A DNA stretch of 51,700 bases from an uncultured Thermodesulfobacteriota bacterium (GTDB lineage Bacteria > Desulfobacterota > WTBG01 > CAIYCZ01 > CAIRTM01): positions 1 through 51,700 of the forward strand of contig CAYNVA010000379.1 in NCBI GenBank assembly GCA_964400575.1, in the 5' to 3' direction. The position numbers were made by a program, and so were the translations under genes. Shown one piece after another: positions 42,871-49,727 of the stretch; within the stretch, counting starts at the first letter, position 1, and each line of letters starts with the position of its first letter. The notes beneath the pieces are model-generated. The model saw only the letters and a program-made list of their open reading frames with translations, did not search any database and was not told the DNA's origin.

Positions 42871-45138
42871 TTACTCTTTTCCCACCATCGGGGCAATCGC
42901 TTCAAGAACACTTCTGACTGCAAGCCGAAGCGCCGGGCTGCGCTCAAAGGCGGCATTGATACTTCCGGCATTATTGTAATACGTGCTGATAATTTTTCGG
43001 CCAACCGTGCTTTGGACAAGTGAGCTGTCCCGAAAATCTCGCAAATTTTCAAGCCTCGGATTGTCCTCACCCAGAACCTTTTGCGCGGGGCATGGGCCGG
43101 CAGGAAGAACACCGATGTTTTTTTCATAGGCATTATCGGCCTCATTGCTCTCGGCGATGCTATTGGCGCTGTCAGCCCTCAAAGTGATCGTATGGGAGCC
43201 GGCGCTGAGTTCGCCCAGGGAGTAGTCCTGGATCGCAACATAATAACCTCTCTGCACAGAATCGGAGCGCCACCTTTTGACCTCAACATTATCCACCAGG
43301 AGGGAATAATCGAAAGCTGTCGTGATATCCGCCGCACTGTCATTCAGAACAGCCCAGTCCACATAGATGGTATCTGTGGTCGATAAATTTGCGTCATCAG
43401 TATTCGTGCCGGTTGTCCTGGACACTACAACGGGCGCGGACCAGCCGGAGGGCTGGTATGGCGCCAGATTCGGCATGGCGGCTGTGGTTGTCGTGGTGCT
43501 TGGCTGGACGGTTGTGGTTGCCCCCTCAGTAGCGGACATCGTCGCAAACATCGTCGGGCCTGAATCACTTATTGCGGTTACGCTCACGCCGCTTGCTGAG
43601 CCGCTCCAAAGGCTGCTGGCAGGTGAGGAGCTGTCTCCAAATGATCTGTTATTGGCGGAGCCGGGGTAGGCGTCCGCCTCATTGCCTGCATTGATTTTTT
43701 GCTCCAGCTCCCATAGGTTGTCGGCCTGCATGAGCGCCACATGATAATGCGTTGATGCGCAGCTTGGAGAACCTACGGGAAAGCATTCATTTGTATTTGT
43801 TGCGTGCCCCCATGGATCTAATATGCTTTCGTCAATATGCCATATCAGGAGCCCTGCGCCGGGCAGGCCAGCGTCAAAGCCTGTTTTCTGCCGGTTTTCA
43901 ACCAGAAAATACTCTCCTCCTGCCGATTGGCTGCCGCTGAGCAGCTGGTAGACATCATCACTTGTCTCCGCCTGCTGGATAGGCTCATTGGCCAGGGTGC
44001 CCGTAACAAGCGTCGGCGTTATCCAGCCAAGGGCGTATTTGCTCCATGCGTCCATATGGGAAGGGCTGTCGCCGCCAGTCGTCACATAGCACCAGCAACC
44101 GCCTGCCATAATGCTCCAGACGCCAACGCCGTGGGAGCTGCCATCCGTATCATAGAGATCGGGCAGCCCCAGTGAATGGCCGTATTCATGGGCAAAAACG
44201 CCCAGGGTGCTCATGATGGTTCCGTTGTACAGTTCGGGCATGATGATATACGCGTTTACCATCACACCGTCATCTGTCATATACGCTCCCCCGTCGCTGC
44301 AGCCAGCGCTATAGGCGTAATCAAGGGTATACGAGTGCGACCAGATATCATAGGTGTTTCGGGAAACTTCTTCGCCAATGCCCTGGTGCACGATGGCCAC
44401 CTGGTCGACATAGCCGTCAAGATCCTGGTCATAGGGCGCAAAATCAAACCCTGCGGCATCCGCGGCGATGACTGCCTCGCGCACGAGCGTTCCTACCCAC
44501 CTGTCATTCTGCTTATTATAATTTTCGCCATAGTAATCATGCGGTTTGGCCGCGGTATACCAGCCGGCCACCCCGCCGGGACCCGAGGACACGGAAAACT
44601 TACCGTACGACATTTCCTGGTAATAATCCTGCAAGCTGTATGTAGAGCTGCCAAAAAAAAGTCCGTCGAAATCCGACGCATTGTACGTGGTGAAGGTATC
44701 GCTGAAATTAATCAGAATGACGACAAGGTTTGCCGTGCCTGTCGGCGACACGGCCTTCCGAGGAAAATTTTCACCCTGCCACTGAATAAGCTGACTGTCT
44801 CGGGGGATAAAATGCCGTTCGATGCGCTTGCCCAGGCCTGCGGGTGGCGGTTCAATGCCCACCGTTCCGCCCATAAGAAATGGCCTGCCGGCAGCATCCT
44901 GAGTAATATACTTCCATTCGCCGGTTTTTTCATCACGCCGGATTGCATACCCGTCCTTTGTTTCCAAGCCGCTCCTGTGCTCATCGCCCCATTGAAACAC
45001 CTTGATAACCGTGCCATCGGGCTGAACAAGCGAATGCTCTATAGGCGCCGCAGGCATTGCCCAGGCGTGCCGACACAGGCCCGTGATACAGAAAAAGAAC
45101 AGCATAAAAAAAATACTGGCTGCAAAACGTTTATTCAT
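42871..45138 (-). CDS. secreted M6-family (immune inhibitor A-like) metalloprotease with CARDB-like C-terminal region
   Basis: Signal peptide, HEYGHSLGLPDLYD zinc motif, Thr-rich linker and a CARDB-like segment (NLAPY...NEADN). Confidence 0.75.
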   Translation of the reverse strand: MNKRFAASIFFMLFFFCITGLCRHAWAMPAAPIEHSLVQPDGTVIKVFQWGDEHRSGLETKDGYAIRRDEKTGEWKYITQDAAGRPFLMGGTVGIEPPPAGLGKRIERHFIPRDSQLIQWQGENFPRKAVSPTGTANLVVILINFSDTFTTYNASDFDGLFFGSSTYSLQDYYQEMSYGKFSVSSGPGGVAGWYTAAKPHDYYGENYNKQNDRWVGTLVREAVIAADAAGFDFAPYDQDLDGYVDQVAIVHQGIGEEVSRNTYDIWSHSYTLDYAYSAGCSDGGAYMTDDGVMVNAYIIMPELYNGTIMSTLGVFAHEYGHSLGLPDLYDTDGSSHGVGVWSIMAGGCWCYVTTGGDSPSHMDAWSKYALGWITPTLVTGTLANEPIQQAETSDDVYQLLSGSQSAGGEYFLVENRQKTGFDAGLPGAGLLIWHIDESILDPWGHATNTNECFPVGSPSCASTHYHVALMQADNLWELEQKINAGNEADAYPGSANNRSFGDSSSPASSLWSGSASGVSVTAISDSGPTMFATMSATEGATTTVQPSTTTTTAAMPNLAPYQPSGWSAPVVVSRTTGTNTDDANLSTTDTIYVDWAVLNDSAADITTAFDYSLLVDNVEVKRWRSDSVQRGYYVAIQDYSLGELSAGSHTITLRADSANSIAESNEADNAYEKNIGVLPAGPCPAQKVLGEDNPRLENLRDFRDSSLVQSTVGRKIISTYYNNAGSINAAFERSPALRLAVRSVLEAIAPMVGKE

Positions 45139-45405
45139 GAATCACTCTTACCGCAAGCGGAGTCAAAATACACCCCTGTTTTTGTATTAATTTCGTCCCG
45201 GCCGCGCTCTTTTTTTGAGCGACAAACTTAATCTAGTTTTACATATCAGACCGCTTGCCGCGTCACAAGATATTTCATCCACGGATATTCTCTTTCATAT
45301 TAAGCTAACCCGGATTATTCATGATGTTACATCAAAGCCAGTGCATGCGGGTGGCTACACATCAACAGCGTTTTTCTGTTTCGCGCATGCCTAGCACACC
45401 AACAA

Positions 45406-45598
45406 CTGATAGGAACTTGCTACGGGATGGAACTTGCTACGGGATGGGTTGAATATAGAACGAGGGCGATTGTGTGTCAAGATTAATGTCGGCGCAAGAT
45501 GTTGGATGGGGTTTTGGGTGCGGCCTGCGATTTAGAAATAAAAAATCTTGGGGCGCGGCGGGCGCCTCTGATATGTGGTGTTATGTAAACCCGAAAGG
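45406..45598 (-). repeat. promoter-bearing interspersed repeat, copy 5 (long form)
   Basis: It has the core plus the extended segment. A 17 bp tandem duplication, aacttgctacgggatgg x2, occupies 45414-47. Confidence 0.85.
45452..45480 (-). promoter_or_regulatory. consensus sigma70-type promoter inside repeat copy 5
   Basis: On the minus strand: TTGACA (45480-75), N17, TATATT (45457-52). It faces the protease gene. Confidence 0.6.
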
Positions 45599-45610
45599 AA
45601 AGATAAAAAG

Positions 45611-46438
45611 CTATTTCGTCTTGCGCCAGAAAACACCTGTCCAATCAATTTTTTTGATTTCATCATTAATTCCATTTGCCTTACGATAATCCAGAACGGC
45701 TTTATTACATGCAGGATAGCATCCGTAATCATCGACAATCACGTAGCCGCCGATGGAAAGTTTTGGATATAAATTCACCAAACTGTCCATGGTCGACTCG
45801 TAGAGATCTCCGTCGATCCGCAGCACAGCCAATTGATGAATTGGAGCCTTTGGCAAGGTATCTTTAAACCACCCTTTCAAAAAAACCACCTGACTGTCTA
45901 AAAGGTTGAAAGCTTCAAAATTAGCTTTGGTTTTTTCAATCGGACAAGTCATAGATGTATCTTGATACAAATTCATCCCTTTATCTTGAGGAAATTTATG
46001 CAAATCAGGTTTTGGACAACCTTCGAATGAGTCGGCTACATACACTTTCCGGTCATGGACGCCATACGCTTTCAGAATACCTCTCATAAAAATTGTCGCG
46101 CCGCCTCTCCACGCGCCGCATTCGATAAGATCGCCAGGAATCTTTCTCGAAAGAACATCCTCAACACAAAATTGAATATTATCCAGTCTTTTAATGCCGA
46201 TACATGTCATGGCAGTTGGAGGCGAGTCGTGCCCTTCTAACCTGGCCTGCGAATTCATCGGGGGTTTTTCCTCAGTTCCATATATCCAATTTGTTAAACT
46301 TTTCTTCATCAAGTCAAAGTATAAATCTTTAACATTCACTGCTTCAGAGTATTCGCTGGCAATGGCATTTCTATCTTCACAATAGCCATTAGAAGCAAAC
46401 AGAAAGATCATCGCCACCACAGCCGTTATTTTTCTCAT
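45611..46438 (-). CDS. TylF/macrocin O-methyltransferase-family SAM-dependent methyltransferase with N-terminal signal peptide
   Basis: GDLIECGAWRGGATIFMRG and LRIDGDLYEST motifs. The N-terminus is MRKITAVVAMIFLFASNGYC. AAGGAG RBS. Confidence 0.75.
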   Translation of the reverse strand: MRKITAVVAMIFLFASNGYCEDRNAIASEYSEAVNVKDLYFDLMKKSLTNWIYGTEEKPPMNSQARLEGHDSPPTAMTCIGIKRLDNIQFCVEDVLSRKIPGDLIECGAWRGGATIFMRGILKAYGVHDRKVYVADSFEGCPKPDLHKFPQDKGMNLYQDTSMTCPIEKTKANFEAFNLLDSQVVFLKGWFKDTLPKAPIHQLAVLRIDGDLYESTMDSLVNLYPKLSIGGYVIVDDYGCYPACNKAVLDYRKANGINDEIKKIDWTGVFWRKTK

Positions 46439-46507
46439 ATGTACTCCTTATAAGATCTCTCGTTTTTTTCAATTGCCTATTTCAGGTCTCAAACGTACAT
46501 TTAATTA

Positions 46508-46677
46508 TTGATAGGAACTCGCTTTGGGATGGGCAGAATATAAATTAAGGGCGGTTGTGTGTCAATACAAGGTTTGCCGCAAGATATGGGCAGGGCCGGT
46601 CGGGCCAAAAATAAGCGGCGTGATTAAATATCTTGCGGCGCGGCGGGCGGTCTGATATGTGGGTCAACCCGGAAGGC
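46508..46677 (-). repeat. promoter-bearing interspersed repeat, copy 6 (long form)
   Basis: ttgataggaactcgctttgggatgggcag...gtgtgtcaat...gtgattaaatatcttgc...tctgatatgtggg. Confidence 0.85.
46537..46565 (-). promoter_or_regulatory. consensus sigma70-type promoter inside repeat copy 6
   Basis: On the minus strand: TTGACA (46565-60), N17, TATATT (46542-37). It lies about 100 nt upstream of the methyltransferase ATG. Confidence 0.65.
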
Positions 46678-46962
46678 TGTTTTTGTGCGCACCTTGACCA
46701 TTCCGAAGGGGCTAAAAATTCCGTAGGGGTTTTAAATTTTAAACCCCTACAATCAAATATAGGCTTCAAAGGGGTAATCGGGATCGGAGGCCAGAATGAC
46801 GGGTGGTGAAAACCCTGCAAAACGCAAGCCCCTTTAACCTCAATCCTCTCCCCCTCGAAGGCGAGGAAATTTTTTGCTTAATTCACAGTATTGGGGACTA
46901 TGGGGAGGGAGCCTAACTGATAATTTTAAATGTTATAAACTCCGACTAGATTTCTTAATATA

Positions 46963-46994
46963 TTAGCCCCGTGTCAGCTGCCGGTACTTGATGC
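46963..46994 (-). repeat. 32 bp duplicate of the ettA 3' end
   Basis: ttagccccgtgtcagctgccggtacttgatgc matches 49696-49727 with 1 mismatch. Confidence 0.85.
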
Positions 46995-47408
46995 CCACGC
47001 GGCCGCTGCTGGTCGCCTCGACCGCAGCCCTCGCGCCCGGACCGACCACGTCGATGACGGGCATGCTGTAGGCCTCGCGCAGCTGCTCGGTTGCCACGGC
47101 CGACGCGGTATTGCAGGCAATCACCAGCAGATTGATATCCTGCCTGTTCAAAAATTCCGTGTTGGCGCGGGCGTATTTCTGTACGGTCTGAGCCGAGCGC
47201 GTGCCGTAGGGCACCCCGCGGTATCGCCCAGATACTTTATCGTCTCAAGAGGAAGCCGCTGCCGGATTTCGCGCAGGACCGTCAGGCCCCCGATGCCGGA
47301 GTCGAAAATGCCAATTGCCTGTTGAGAATGCGCTGCCAAGATGCTACTGCCGTGCCTGATACTTTTGGGACGAATCAGCAGTGCAGGCAACAGAGGCACT
47401 AAAGTCAA
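46995..47408 (-). pseudogene. murI: glutamate racemase remnant (frameshifted and 3'-truncated)
   Basis: [14 protein letters not shown]...YLGDTA is followed by a 1 nt loss near 47218-47222. The frame resumes as [10 protein letters not shown]...LLVIACNTAS...VIDVV and then runs into the ettA-derived tail at 46994. Confidence 0.75.
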
Positions 47409-47546
47409 GAGAGAAGCACAGACAGACGCGTAAAAACGGCTGTTATGCCGATTGGTCCGGGTGGCGGGATGTTAGTGCGGCTGAGGATCTGTACACGCAT
47501 CGTCCCGGCCAGGCGATGACGACCGTGCAGCGTCTTTGCCCGGGGT

Positions 47547-47592
47547 TTAAAATAAAAGCAGGCAGAGAGCCTGGCGGCCTGTCTGCCTGCTT
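47547..47592 (-). terminator. rho-independent terminator after 47665..48507
   Basis: On the minus strand, an aagcaggcaga / tctgcctgctt stem is followed by TTTTATTTT. Confidence 0.6.
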
Positions 47593-47664
47593 TGCGTATG
47601 CTGCATATGCCCGGTACCCATTTATCTGCCATGCGAGACGAAGGGTCTACAGGCAAAAAATCTG

Positions 47665-48507
47665 CTATGGCAGCACTTTGAAAAAATAACTACTTGAACT
47701 CGTTGTCTGTCCGGCACAATCTCTTATTGCAAACGTAAACATATACAGTTCACCGATCTGCAGGTTTTTAATCGGCAGTCCGGTATAGGCAGACCCCTGA
47801 TCGGCGTCAGCGACAACAGGGAGATTCTTCCTTTCTCCGTTGGGGATTTTTATGTATGAGGCTGTGTGCGTAGGATCGTTTTCACATATTCCATAATCAT
47901 CGCTGAAAGTCCACAGCACGTTAACATTTTGTCTGAGGGTGGTTGGATTTGTATATTGTCGCGACAGCATCGGCCACCCACCGGCTGCCACCCACGGACC
48001 GCCCGTAATTACCGGAGGCTTATCAATCACGACCACAAAAAAGTATGTCGGTGACTCCTTTGTCTGGCCGGCACAATCTTTTATTTGAAAGCTGAAAGAA
48101 TACGTGCTTCCGTTCTGCAGATTTTCAATCGGCAGTTCGGTATAGGCATACCCCTGATCGGCGTCAGCGACAACAGGGAGATTAATCGTGTTACCGTATG
48201 GAAATTTCTTATAATTTGCTTTGTGCGTAGGATCATTATTGCAGCATCCATAGTCATTGCTGAAAGTCCACAGCACGTTAACATTTTGCGTGAGTCGGGT
48301 TGGATTTGTATAGGATTGCGATAGCGCAGGCCACGAACCGGCTGCCACCCACGGACCGCCGGTAATTTCAACGCAGGAATCAGCCCCATCGTTAACAAGG
48401 TCCACCTGTGAGGCGTTTGCGTTTTGATACATAAGGACGGATCCGAACAACAACAATAATAATGTAAACCAAAAATTTTTCATGCCGTGCTCCTTTGTTG
48501 GTTTCAT
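47665..48507 (-). CDS. secreted protein with two tandem ~110 aa repeats, unknown function
   Basis: Signal peptide. ITGGPWVAAGxWPxLSxxYTNPTxLxQNVNVLWTFSxDYG...DPTH...LPVVADADQG...DCAGQT occurs twice. Confidence 0.65.
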   Translation of the reverse strand: MKPTKEHGMKNFWFTLLLLLFGSVLMYQNANASQVDLVNDGADSCVEITGGPWVAAGSWPALSQSYTNPTRLTQNVNVLWTFSNDYGCCNNDPTHKANYKKFPYGNTINLPVVADADQGYAYTELPIENLQNGSTYSFSFQIKDCAGQTKESPTYFFVVVIDKPPVITGGPWVAAGGWPMLSRQYTNPTTLRQNVNVLWTFSDDYGICENDPTHTASYIKIPNGERKNLPVVADADQGSAYTGLPIKNLQIGELYMFTFAIRDCAGQTTSSSSYFFKVLP

Positions 48508-48852
48508 GGTTTGTGTGCGAAAATAATTCGTCAGTTATTAGCTAAACCAATTGTTATGCAGGCTACGGTATCATCCTCCTTTCTATGTTCTTCTTTTAAA
48601 CTGCCTGTGTGCATGGCGGATAAGCAATCGTCAACAGGCCACAGCCCTGTTAAGAACCTGTCTAAATAGCTATTATTGTTTTAAAATGTTATTTTTTATA
48701 AATATAGTTGTCTATAAACAAGCTATATGTTGCACATCCATATCAAGATGCATGCCGGTTGCCCGCACAAGGTGTGTAATTATTTTAGAAAAGAATTTTC
48801 AAGCAGTTGCAGTTTGAGGCGGGAAGCACTCAGAAAACAAACCCAGCGGGCA

Positions 48853-48892
48853 ATGTGTAACAGTTACACGCGCCATGTGTAACCTGTTACAC
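48853..48892. promoter_or_regulatory. pair of near-identical palindromic sites (candidate regulator/enhancer-binding sites)
   Basis: atGTGTAAC-a-GTTACAC (48853-69) and atGTGTAAC-ct-GTTACAC (48875-92). Confidence 0.4.
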
Positions 48893-49247
48893 CGGAGAGA
48901 GCTTACCGGCACGTATCAGCCGGTAGCGTTCAGAATCAGGTAAACGGTTGAGCAGAACCTATCGTGGGGGGATGGGAGGAGAGCAGTTCAGAGGGTACAA
49001 ACAAAAGCCGAACCAGCCAGAGCATTTAACGAAATCCTGTAGCCGGTTGGTCATTTCGAATCCGCTGACGGCGGATGAGCAATCTTTAAAGATCTCTCCC
49101 TGCAGTCGAGATGACAGGAAAAGAATAGTCTACAGTAAAAAGTTACATGCTCCGGCCCGGCGCTCACTGGTGAGCAGGCAGATTGAAAAAGCGATGCCGC
49201 GCCCTGCACAGGGCATTCTCGCAGCCGGGCAAAGGCTGCCTGCAGAT

Positions 49248-49616
49248 TCACGACTGCTCGTTCCGCGCGGCTTTGTCCTTTTTTATTTTCCTGTAGACGG
49301 TCTGGCGGCTGACGCCCAGCAGCCGGGCGGCCCCGGCCTTATTGCCCCCGGTTTTGTCGAGCGTGGCGCTGATGTCCTGCTGCTGCGCGGCCTGCGCAAG
49401 GTAGGCGGGAAGGTGCTCGGCGGCAATGACGCTGTCGCGGCACAGCACGAATGCATGCTCTATGACGTGCTTGAGCTCGCGTATATTGCCCGGCCAGAAG
49501 TGGTTCAGCAGCACCGCGAGCACCTCGTCGGTAACGCCCCCAATGTTCTTTTTGAATGCCGCGTTGTAGGTTGCGCAGTTGGTAGCGACTGCCGTAGCAG
49601 GATCGGGATGTCTCAA
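49248..49616 (-). pseudogene. C-terminal remnant of a sigma54-dependent (NtrC/Fis-type) transcriptional activator
   Basis: Only WPGNIRELKHVIEHA and the Fis-type HTH (AARLLGVSRQTVYRKI) are present. No AAA+ core lies upstream. Confidence 0.6.
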
Positions 49617-49695
49617 GGCCGGCCGATACGTTCAAGCGTTTTTATATCGGCGGCAGGCATTGGAAAGCCCGGGTTCAGCCGTGCAGGCAGGGGCC

Positions 49696-49727
49696 TTAGC
49701 CCCGTGTCAGCTGCCGGTATTTGATGC
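49696..49727 (-). repeat. native ettA 3' end, partner of the 46963-46994 duplicate
   Basis: See 46963-46994. Confidence 0.85.

Noticed and set aside
41758-46677. Idea that the repeat-separated units are integron cassettes with the repeats as attC sites.
   Set aside because: The repeats lack the RYYYAAC / GTTRRRY boundary cores and the end-to-end imperfect palindrome of attC. Instead they contain a promoter and internal direct boxes. No intI-type integrase gene adjoins the array.
12449-46677. Repeat family as a CRISPR array.
   Set aside because: The units are 125-190 bp, the spacing is irregular (0.5-23 kb), they occur in both orientations, and there are no cas genes.
46545-46820. ORF 46545..46820 (-), 91 aa.
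   Set aside because: It runs straight through repeat copy 6 and its degenerate transposase-tail segment, so it is most likely not a gene.
47665-48507. The two DNA repeats inside the secreted-protein gene as a DGR template/variable pair.
   Set aside because: Both lie within one ORF. The differences are not restricted to adenine positions. No reverse transcriptase gene is in the window.
48508-48700. Sigma54 (-24/-12) promoter upstream of 47665..48507.
   Set aside because: The candidate GG/GC pairs (for example tggcctgttgacgattgc on the minus strand) have the wrong spacing.
48948-49724. ORF 48948..49724 (+), 258 aa.
   Set aside because: It is antisense to the sigma54-activator remnant and spans non-coding scar sequence. 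The translation is low-complexity.
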